DNA from: Eledone cirrhosa
Taxonomy: Eukaryota
Direction of reading: 5' to 3'
Assembly (NCBI GenBank): GCA_964016885.1
Contig: OZ024742.1
Span: forward strand, 207,886,001-207,950,000
DNA: 64,000 nt
In this document: positions 53,347-64,000 of the stretch, piece by piece
Layout: each line of letters starts with the position of its first letter
Numbering within the stretch: the first letter of the stretch is position 1
Made by a program: the position numbers and the translations under genes
The notes under the pieces: model-generated
The model's input: only the letters and a program-made list of their open reading frames with translations
Told to the model about the DNA's origin: nothing
Databases searched by the model: none

Positions 53347-53722
53347 CCTCAGGGAAATGACGTAATATAGGCAGCCAGACATACAGACAGATATTATAAG
53401 GGCGCGTTCTGGACGCAGAGGGAATTGTGGGAAGTGACGTTATGCAGACAGCCAGACATACAGACAGATATTATAGGGGCGCGCGTTATATGTATGTATC
53501 TATCGAAAAAGAGAAAGACTAAGAATTATGGGGTGAGATCGCTAAATCGCCTAATGCGGTCCTTAGGTCATTGAACATTTGAAATTGTTTGTGCTCAGAA
53601 CACTCCCTGAACCATAAGTATTACATGTGTCAAGTTTGAAAACAGTCTGTTGGGTGCTTCTCGTTTTTTAGGGATTGAAACTCTCACACACACACAGACA
53701 TCCTCAGTGTTATATATAAAGG
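52736..53722 (-). mobile_element. Non-autonomous Helitron with internal repeats
   Basis: Minus-strand 3' end CTCGTGCAACGCCGGGTACCACTGCTAG|T; 5' end (CA)n-GACATCCTCAGTGTTATATATA on plus; repeated TTTTCACCTAATGCGGG.CCTAG units. Confidence 0.8.
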
Positions 53723-54109
53723 TTAGTTTTTTATTTAAGGAACAAAGCCAATAATTATTCCTATGCTTCACTGGTAATATATTTTATGGAACCCGGAGGA
53801 ATGATAGGCAAATTTGGCAAATATTAAAAATAGGACAAATATAAAAACTTAAGAATCTAATTATCTTCCTCAATACTACATCATTATTTTATTCGATTAT
53901 ATCGATTCACGCACTTTCTCTGTTACCTATTTACGATATTTATATTAGTACAACGCTACAGCAAGAGTTAATTTGAGTAACACGAGACAGAATTTCATAC
54001 CAAAAAGTTTAATTCTCAATTTTTAATGTCATCATAATAAAATCAACATAAAAAAACGCAAACAGCAGCAAAAACAAAAACAACAACAACAATGACAACA
54101 TCAACATCA

Positions 54110-55500
54110 ACGACAAAATAGAAACAGACATATTTTATAAACCCACGGACCCTAAACAGTACCTTCTATTCACATCAAATCACACAAAATATACACAACT
54201 TAACATTCCTTTTAATTTAGCCAAACGTATATGCACCATAGTTTCAAACCCTGCTAAACAGAAACAAAGAATAAATTAACGCAAAAAAACACTTACCTTA
54301 AGACCCTTCCCACTTGACATAATTAATGACGGAATATACAAAGCAAAACACGCAAATTTTCATCAACCCAACAAACCAAAGCACAGAACCACAAATAATA
54401 TGTATATACGTTCAACCCCAGAAACACCGAAATGTTCCACCTCCTACACAAAATCTCCCCATTCTATTTAAAGATGAAAAAATGAAAAAAAATTCTAGAA
54501 ACACACAAGATCATCAAAAGCAAAAGGCAACCAAAATCACTAAAGCAGATTCTCACTCGAACAAAGATACACAAACCAATCTCCAGCCTTTACGGTAACA
54601 AAATACGGAAGAACAAACTGTGGCACATGCCTATACTTAAATGAAGGACATAAATTCACCTTTAAAGATGGCCAAATTTCACAGTAAAAAGCAACTCCAC
54701 TTGCAACACGGAGAACCTGATCTATGTAATCACATGCGGTGGCTGTCGACTATATAGAACAGACGCGTGTGTCATTACGCAAAATAATGGCCATCCATCG
54801 CCAAGACGTAAACACAAGGGAAATCCCCTTAAGTAGCCACATTGCAGATTGTGCAGGAATGACTCTACCCAACTTTAAAATCTTCCCCCTTTACAAGTGC
54901 TTCGATTCTTTCACTCAGCAACAAAGAATAAATAAGGAAAAACTATTTATTAACAAATTTAAACCCAAACTAAATATGTAATCACCCCCATTAGCCCCGA
55001 AACCCCCACACACACACCACAAAATAATATTATGAAAAAATGTTTAATTTCCCACCACAAAGGGATCTGTGACAAACAGGCTTAAAAAAACACACACATT
55101 CACCACAGCCCCCCATACACACACACACATATTTGCATTGTTATATGTATATATACACACACACACCACAAATAAGACGGAAACAATTACTCATTGCAGA
55201 AGTCACTGCCTGTACTACTGATACTCTAGTCTGGCTTTTTTTAAAGAATTTTTTTCAATTTTTTAATTTGAGAAGACTTTGAATTATAATTTTTAGTTTT
55301 TGACAATTTTCTGAATTTTGAAGAAAACATTTTCTTAATTTCCCACCACCAAGGGATCTGTAACGGACAAGCTGAAAAAACCACACACAAACACACACCA
55401 TAACACAGACCCCACACACACATGTGTGTATTGCTAAAGGGACTGTGACTGACAGATTGAAACACACACACACACACATACGTGTGTATTGTTATATATA
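54110..55500 (+). mobile_element. Neptune-type Penelope 3' fragment (RT thumb, Cys linker, GIY-YIG) plus duplicated 3' UTR
   Basis: IETDIFYKPTD.KQYL, NIPFNLAKRICTIVS, CGTC, ENLIYVITC, EIPLSSHIADC, EKLFINKFKPKLN stop 54981; TTAATTTCCCACCAC.AAGGGATCTGT repeated at ~55045 and ~55335. Confidence 0.88.
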
Positions 55501-55524
55501 CACCCTGACACACACACTATATAT

Positions 55525-55570
<46 letters not shown>

Positions 55571-55911
55571 CTACACACACTCCCTAAAACCACATTCCAA
55601 AAATAGAATTTCTCCTACACTCATACTGCTAGCACAGAACTTACCTCTAGCTTACAATACCCTATCCCCTTTTGAACTCTTAACCCAATCAGATATATGC
55701 ACACAGAGGATGTTTTCAAAAAACAACTTTGTCTGTGAAGAAACACCACTACTGCTATCTTCACTTACAACCACATTTTGAGCAAGAAGGATGGAAGAAA
55801 ACTTACTCCAACATTTGATTTTAGTTTTAAATCCTTAATTTTTAGTTTTTAACTCCTATTAATTCTTTTAATTTTTATTTCAATACTCAACATTTGATAA
55901 GAGTAATTATA

Positions 55912-56098
55912 ATAATTGTTTCTACTTTAGGCACAAGGCCAGCAAATACCCAGTGCATTACTGGTACTTTATTTTATCGACCCCGTAAGGATGAAAGGTA
56001 AAGTCAACCTCGGCGGGATTTGAACTCAGATCGTAAAGGGACGTAACTATGCTGGAAAGCATGGCGTCCGACCCTCTACCGATACTGCCAATCCACCG
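55912..56098 (-). mobile_element. Full-length young SINE
   Basis: Nearly identical to 34971-35155. Confidence 0.94.
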
Positions 56099-56270
56099 AG
56101 GAATTTTAACAATACATCGAAAACGGTAATACTTTGTACACTTTATATATATTATAAAACTTTAAAAAAAAAGGATTGTCCCTCTCATTTTTTCAATAAT
56201 GTCATGTTTTCAATAATGTCACTTTGACGAATCAAAAAAGTAAATATACCTCCGTCCTATTTACAACTTC

Positions 56271-56336
<66 letters not shown>

Positions 56337-56345
56337 ATCTATATA

Positions 56346-56473
<128 letters not shown>

Positions 56474-56561
56474 TATATATATATATAATAAATGTGAAGA
56501 CTAAAATCCAAAGAGGGCTCGAAAACTTTAATCTGTTATTTTAATTAATATATATATATAG

Positions 56562-56593
<32 letters not shown>

Positions 56594-56691
56594 ATATAAA
56601 TGAACAAAGAGAAATACCGACTATGAATGCTGACCAGATATACTAACATACAAACTAATAAAAGTACACACAACCACAGACACATACAAAC

Positions 56692-56722
<31 letters not shown>

Positions 56723-56817
56723 TATATATATATATATATAACGAAGGGAATGCGGTAAGGAACCAGGTGGACCATAACGCACCCAAGTACTCAATACTTA
56801 GGGTAGTAGGGTGGGTA

Positions 56818-56929
56818 ATAGGAACGAGTAGGACCCCGACGGCTGAGCTCAAGCCGTTTCGACGGCTAATTCTAATCCAGAATTAGCCGTCGAAACGGCT
56901 TGAGCTCAGCCGTCAGGGTCCTACTCGTT

Positions 56930-56934
<5 letters not shown>
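56818..56934. repeat. Near-perfect hairpin, 56-bp arms, 5-nt loop; fold-back through a hammerhead stem II
   Basis: One mismatch; each arm carries C-GAAA-CGGCU-UGAGCUC-AGCCG-UC. Confidence 0.93.
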
Positions 56935-57017
<83 letters not shown>

Positions 57018-57019
57018 TT

Positions 57020-57490
57020 TGTTAAAATAACAGATTAAAGTTTAAGCAAAGAATTGCTGCTTTCACCCTTAACGGGATCTTCTGAAACCAAAAAAAATCA
57101 ATCTGTGAACGCAGGAGTAAATATTTCGAAAAACGTTGCAACCGAAGGAAGACAGGAAGACGATACTTTGGTTCGTGGAAACGTTCCCTGGCAAAGAACG
57201 GGAAAAAAACGAAGATAATACGTCAATATTTTGACCGGTAGAAACAATTACACGCAAAGACAAAACCGCATTCATGCTATAAATGAAGTAGTAGACTAAT
57301 ATTCTATTAGGTGGTTCATGGAGACGTTCCCTGGCAATGAACGGGAAAAAACGAAGATAATAATAAATTATGTGGAGCGAAGAGAACAATTACACGCAAA
57401 GACAAAACCACGTTTATGGTATAACTGAGGTCGTAGACTAAAATTCTATTTAGGAAACAGAATGTTTCTCGCCTTCAAAGTTAAGAATAT
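57020..57490 (-). mobile_element. Solo pLTR of family C (same as 21980-22376 and 23990-24460)
   Basis: TTAAAATAACAGATTAAAGTTTAAGCAAAGAA...; abuts (TA)n; short tails also at 32003-32040 and 56495-56550. Confidence 0.88.
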
Positions 57491-57505
57491 TGTTCCTTAA
57501 CATAA

Positions 57506-57731
57506 GTTTCAATGCAATATCATCTACGAACGCTAATTGCATATTCTTATGCGCAATCGCAAGCATTACGTAAAATATTGAGATCGGAGTAGAGAGCAAT
57601 GAGAAAATTCGTAGCACAAGAGGCAGCGATCTCACCTCGAACTATGAACATTGTACTGTTTGTCATGAAGTGCTTCCGATTGAGCAGAAGAACATGCAAT
57701 TAGCGCTTGTAGAGTGATATTCTATTGAAAC
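57506..57731. mobile_element. MITE-like element with ~44-bp imperfect TIRs
   Basis: GTTTCAATGCAATATCATCTACGAACGCTAATTGCATATTCTT versus AAGAACATGCAATTAGCGCTTGTAGAGTGATATTCTATTGAAAC. Confidence 0.75.
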
Positions 57732-57826
57732 ATGCTAAAGAACCAACTCTAAATAAATATGTCTTTTCTAACCTTTACCTCTTGCCTAGTCATTTGTTTT
57801 TCCAAGTAATCTACCTTTCAATTTAC

Positions 57827-57857
<31 letters not shown>

Positions 57858-58892
57858 AGTGGAAGCTTAGTAAAATCGAAGCTTTGGCTGTGGCTAAGCA
57901 AAGTCGACCTACAATAAGGAATGAGTTAGCAAAGCACCCAATAAGGATAGGTCTTTAGAGTAATATCATACGTTTAAATAGCTTGACATTGTGAAAATTG
58001 CGGTAGGCAAAACCCAACCATACAATACCAAAGTAACGAAAGAACTAATAAGGTTAAAAATAGACCTGGACAAATCGGACGATATTCTGCAATACGTCCG
58101 ATATGTTTCTATGAATCCGAAATCATCTATCCAACTTTCGTAACCCGTAAGCTTGTGGTATTCCATGAACGAACAGGGGATTCATTTCATCAACAGGCAT
58201 TCCGTTCTATTGCCTCAAACTGGTGAGAACAAACTAAATGCGATCGCTACAATAGATTTCGCTTCAAACATTTCGTTGTCACGTGTTATTTCCAACAGGG
58301 GAAGCAACCCCCGGTTTTTGGCGGGTAAATTAAAAGTATATACATGTATATAAGAATTTCAATATTGAAAAATAAATCACCAACCAAACAGGAAATGGAA
58401 ATATGACAAAGAAAGCTAAAGAAGAAACAAACCCCTCTAAATGATTATGCATTCCATATATGTGAACACACCAGAGTTCCACAAAGATGCAATTGAATTC
58501 TTTAGACTTGAAACAGTAAATTCCATTAACTCACTAGACATACACTCATACATGGAGGTGCGTCCGCTCACATATTTACACTCGCATACACACAGTGCGT
58601 CACACGTATTCCCACATACACATACATACATGCACGTACAGACTCACCCAAACAAAATCACATATGTACATATACACATATGGCCTCATATTTACATAAA
58701 TACCATGTACACAAATAATCTATACATACTTCTACGTTCACACACATACACGCGCGCGTAGATATACACATATTCTTACGGAAGCCATTCTGAACAATTT
58801 GTGGACAATCTAGAATATCCCATGATGCGTAGCAAAATAGACGGGGGCGGGGGTGGTAGGAAAGTAGAAAATAAGAAAATGGAAGGAAATAG

Positions 58893-58945
58893 GAAGGTAC
58901 AGAGGAAGGTACAGAGGAAGGTACAGAGGAAGGTACAGAGGAAGG
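58893..58945. repeat. 12-bp minisatellite (GAAGGTACAGAG) x4
   Basis: Direct inspection. Confidence 0.95.
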
Positions 58946-60489
58946 AATTGAGGAAACAGTAGTGGTGGTAGTTGGGGGAGTTTTTGTGAAAATAAGCAAT
59001 AAAAGCAAACCAATTTATTCTGGTATGACAAGTCAATAAATTGTGCTTTTCTATTGGTCATGGTTATGAAGGCGGTGGTGATTGTAGTGTTGGTGGTGTG
59101 TGGCGTGCAGCAAACCAGTGTGGGGAGGCAAGAAATTACTGATCATCTATAAGAATATTCTTATCCTGATATTTGTCTTAGATTTTTCTTCCTATCACAT
59201 AGTCCCCCAACCCTATCACCAATATCACCAGCAAAATAACCATCATCACCATCACCACAACACAACACCACCAACAAGAAAAACAATGATAGCACGAACA
59301 ACACTTAAACACACCACATATATTCACTACACTCGAAACAATATCTAACGCTTTCGTTCTATCATGCTTTCGCGTTCATCATATCAGTTTCCATCAATTT
59401 CTTACAGTTATCAAACGATAAATCATAGTTACTGGGACAGAATTTTATAGTAGAAAGTACTAGGTAGGTATGTGTTATATTATCCTTTTATTAGTATGTA
59501 CACATACAGATAATACCAACGTATGGACACTTATTTCCTACACAAATATATATTATTGGCAAATCTTCAGAAAGCCCTTGTTACTTATTATTATTCCAAA
59601 CGTATTGCCTTGTGCCTATATCAGAGATTCGTTGTTTTATGTATGAATGGATTATGATGTTAAAGTTAAGTAATAATAATGATTATTGTTGTTAGATTGG
59701 CATACGGTGATAGATTGGCAGAATCGTTAGTGTCAGATAATATACCTATAAAAGTATATATATATATACTTAGGTTTTGTATTGGCAGCTCTACCCTCGG
59801 ATGTAGTGTGTAGATATTCTTCACTATGGCTGATATGGTGAGTTTAGAGTTTCACAACTTCACATGCACACATCTCCATCAACATCGAAACATCTTGACT
59901 GATGTTTGTAGACACTGCTACAAACATATGTGCAAAACATACTCCCCAAACAGAAAAAAAAACTATTATCAGAAAAAATAAAAAGAACGAAAGAGAATCA
60001 ACGAAGTAAAACACTGCTACAGAAATACATATATTCCACTATTGTTACACTGCTTGAATCGAAAGGATATAATCTCCAAAAATGCATGAATGCCCCATCA
60101 ATAACCAAAAAAATGCTGAGGAGGAATGGACCATTGAGAAAATCGAACTCAAACATAAAGTCTTTTGTTCATTTGCAAAACCACACTAGATCACTGTCTC
60201 CACACTGATTAATGAAAATTCCACTCACCCAGACAATGTTAAGACCATGGTTGAGATAGTGCAGAAACAATACTGATATCTGCTTTCAGCAATCCTGATA
60301 TGGATGAAACAGTCTGTATCAGTGATATTAACCCTCAACACTCGCACACACACACACACTATATATATGACCGATTCTATCCAGTGGTAAACCAACAAAC
60401 CTAAATAAATATATTTATATATATATATACATATATATATATACATATATATATACATATATATATACGCACCAGCAAACTTAACTCTA

Positions 60490-63400
60490 GAAGTGAAGAA
60501 ACAATCCCCAAATACATATCCTATGAAATCAACGACAATATCAACAACTTATGTGAAACAATAAAAACACGCCTGAATAACAACACAAACCCTATTCAAG
60601 CGAACGGAAAAACACATGACACTAATACACTTACAACTTACCAAATAAAAAGCAAATTAATACCGCAATGGTACACATCTCTTAAAAACAGGAAATTCTC
60701 CTTTTGGAAGGTGATACAAAACAATAACAAAGCGGAGATCTATGAAAAATGGATTAACTCATCCCCATTAATCAACCCCCACAAACTACAAATTAAACCC
60801 ATCCCAAACGACCCAGAGACACAAAGACGCCTCAAGGAAAGAATGGCACTTGATAACATAAAAGCCGAAATTGAACTCCATAAATTGAGAGCCTAAGCAA
60901 ATGAAGATAGGATCAAATCAATCGACGATGAGATTAATCAAGCAATTATCAATAAAACCAAAGACACCACCCTAGAAAATATTTCAAAATTAGGGTTAGA
61001 GGACTGTAATAAGGAAGAATTAAAATCCCTTCACCGTTGGGAAATAAACGAAACCTGGTTCTCTAACTATGAAACACTTTTCCAAAAAGAACACACATGC
61101 AGGAACCATTCATTAAAACCATAATAACAAGAAAACTCAATCAACGCCCAAACACACACAACAACCAACAACAACAAAAAACAATACCTCCCCACATACC
61201 AAAAAAAAGGCATCACCTCGCCCCTACCTCCTGCACCCTCCACACAACTACCACACGGATTCCAAAGCAACAAATATAGTAATAGAGAAACATCTGCTAC
61301 AAGATAGACACTACAACTTCTCTCCCACCAGGAGAAACCATAGAATCCCCCACACTTACAACCGCCCTAACATCCCCACACAACAAACCCACAACAATCA
61401 TTACTTCCAACATAGAACCCAAAATACACAACTACCACATATGTCATATAGGGCCTCACAACCAGACACCAACTATAAGGAAACCCTAATCTACCCTCCC
61501 CCACTAACCACATCCTACTACAACACCAGCAGGGGACAATGCCACACGAGACACCCTAACCACTACAACCACCATAACTACACACCATATAACAGCAACA
61601 GCAGGACTCAAGATAACCACACAAGACAACCCTACTACAAGTACCACCAAGTCTACACACCCTACAACAACAGCAGTGCTCAGCACAACCATACGATACA
61701 AACAAACCTCACACCCTATAACCACGTCCATCAAATCTACACACCCTACAGCAACATCAGCAGGGCTCAATACAACCACACGATACAACCTAATTTCAAC
61801 AACCACCACAGCTACACACCATCTAACAACAACAGCAGGGTCAATACAACCATAAGAGACTTCCAAACTTCAACAGCCACCACAACTTCCGTAATCATTT
61901 TTTAGACACAGCACACAGACACAGGATAACAAGATAAAACAAAACACGCAGGAGACACAAAATGTAATAAAATTGTTAATTTAACCTCTAAAGAATTAAC
62001 AACAGACCAAATCAGCATACTATCCAAAGGTCTAAAATGTACACGAACTCCCCAACAACCAAACTACCCCTAAATGAAGTAAGATATTGCAGAATTCTGT
62101 AGAAAGCTAAGACTCAGCGAGCAACTATACGACAAATACAATGAGGATGACTCAATAGCCAGAAATAGAAGTAACTACACCCCACCAAAAGGCAAGAACA
62201 AATTCCTCGATCAATTCTGCGAACACATTACTAATTACCCATACCACCACCTACACAGACATAAACAAAATCCAAACCTAAGCAAAAAAGAATGGAACGG
62301 TCTTAACAGTCTAAAAAACGAAAAAATCCTAACAATCAAAGAGGCAGATAAATGGAGTACATCACCAATTTCAAAAGCAGAACCAGCCTCTTCTACGATT
62401 TCCCAAAGACACACAGAAGTGAAGTAATAGGTAGGGCCTGCAAGCAAGCCACAGACATTTACATCAATATAGCCCCCCCCCCCCTGATGACCTTAAATTA
62501 AGACCCATAATAGCAGGTACCACATGTGAAACCCACCGCCTAAGCTACTTTCTAGATATTCTGCTTAAACCTTTCCTAAAATATATAAAAAGCTTCGCAA
62601 GGGACGACCTTAACATCCTCAACCACCTCCCAACAACAGTTAATAATGAACATACCTTACTAGTAACCTTTGATGTCATCAATTTATATTCCAATATCCC
62701 ACACAACCTAGGTATAGAGGCAATACAATTCTGGCTTGAAAATTTACCTAGTGAACTCCCACAGCGCATCTCTAAAGAATTTGTGTTGGAGGGACTCAAA
62801 TTAATCTTGGAAAACAATTTCTTCGAATTCATTGCCAAATACTAAAGACAGAAATATGGGACTACCATGTGCACGAGAGTAGCCCCCCACATACGCCAAC
62901 CTTGTCATAGGATATTTGGAAACCTCTCTCTACCGCAAAGTTCTAGACAAATACGGCAACCACTTCTACCAACACATAGAAAAGAACTGGAAGAGATATC
63001 TGGACGACTGCTTTATCCTCTGGCATGAAAGTATAGATAGACTGATTGACTTTAAAACCCTTCTGAATGGACTCAACACAAACTTACAATTCACAATGGA
63101 TTACAGCCATGAACAACTCCTTTTTCTCGACATCCTCATCAAGAAAACAAACAACAAAATAGAAACAGACATATACTACAAACCCATAGACTCCAAACAA
63201 ATCCTTCCATTCAACTCGTGCCATCCTAGACACACCAAAATGGCAATTCCTTATAACCTAGCCAGAAGGATCTGCACAATAGTTTCAGATAAATACACAT
63301 GCTACACAGGACTAGAAGAATTAAAAAACACACCTATCAGCAGAAACTACCCACCATCCTTAATCAACAAGGGATTCCAACGTGCCCTAAAACTCGAGAT

Positions 63401-64000
63401 CCAGGAACTCAGACACCGCAAACCCAGGAATGAACCGCAACAGAAAACTCTACCATACATCTCCACACACAACCCCCTCAACAATGAGCCATTCGACACC
63501 ATCCTCCAGAACATTCCTTTACTAAAAAGAGACCCAATAATGAACAAAATCCTCCAAACACACAACATCATAAAGAGCAAAAAACAACCTAAATCCATAA
63601 AAAACATGCTCACACAAGCCAAAATCCAACAAACCATCACAATGAACCCTACAGTAACAAAATGCAGAAGGCCCAACTGTGGCATATGTATAAATCTAAT
63701 AGAAGGTTCAACATTCCATTTTAAACAAGGACAACATTTCACAGTTAAACACAACTTTACATGTGCATCTGAAAATCTAATCTATGTTTTGACCTGCTCA
63801 GGTTGTCAAGAGCACTACATAGGACATACAAAAAACAGCCACCGACAACGTATGACCGTCCATAAATCACAAATCAAAATAGAGGAATACAGAAAGATTG
63901 CATTTAGTGAACATATCGCCAATTGTGCACCCACCCAACATCCAAACTTTAAAATTTCCCCCATTTTCAAATTCATAGACAACGCTACTATCATCCATCG
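60490..64000 (+). mobile_element. Long Neptune-type Penelope-like retroelement, decayed, running off the window end
   Basis: VNLTSKELT..QISILSKGL, IKEADK, LRPIIAG, LVTFDVINLYSNIPH, WKRYLDDCFILW, FLDILI, SCHPRH, KCRRPNCGIC, NLIYVLTC..CQEHYIG (GIY-YIG); several stops, frameshifts and an internal deletion near 62355; A/C-rich upstream coding-like region. Confidence 0.93.

Noticed and set aside
57966-58166. GPCR TM5-like peptide FVTLVLYGWVLPTAIFTM
   Set aside because: In-frame stop just upstream, no suitable acceptor and no other GPCR segments; better read as 5' UTR plus a short first exon.
58893-58945. CRISPR-like array
   Set aside because: Plain tandem 12-mer with no spacers, in eukaryotic context; no CRISPR array anywhere in the window.
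60270-60325. ATCC..GGAT-GAAA-CAGTCTG-TA-TCAGT half hammerhead
   Set aside because: No correctly placed CUGANGA.

Overview
AT-rich, microsatellite-dense eukaryotic (animal) DNA. The repeat families are typical of an octopod cephalopod genome; this attribution is inference from recalled SINE sequence. No intact multi-exon host gene is evident, and most ORF-track entries are artefacts of (TA)n/(CA)n/(TACA)n tracts. The window is a patchwork of retroelements: a nearly complete but decayed R4/Dong-clade RT+RLE LINE embedded in a (TACA)n tract (4962-8464), further R4, CRE, Tx1-like and RTE fragments, at least six Penelope-like element (PLE) remnants (Neptune-type and YRDDG/Naiad-type), about 18 copies of one tRNA-derived SINE, non-autonomous Helitrons, a hAT remnant and several MITEs. 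The most notable signal is a dense collection of type I hammerhead-ribozyme motifs from at least five unrelated pLTR families, mostly in inverted (fold-back) pairs. There is also a spacerless 240-bp palindrome and a concentric ~6 kb inverted-repeat arrangement. A few short exons with strong splice signals (minus-strand micro-exon chain with a TM segment; plus-strand exon at 11814-11898) suggest remnants of host genes. All coordinates were counted by eye, and those of degenerate elements are approximate.
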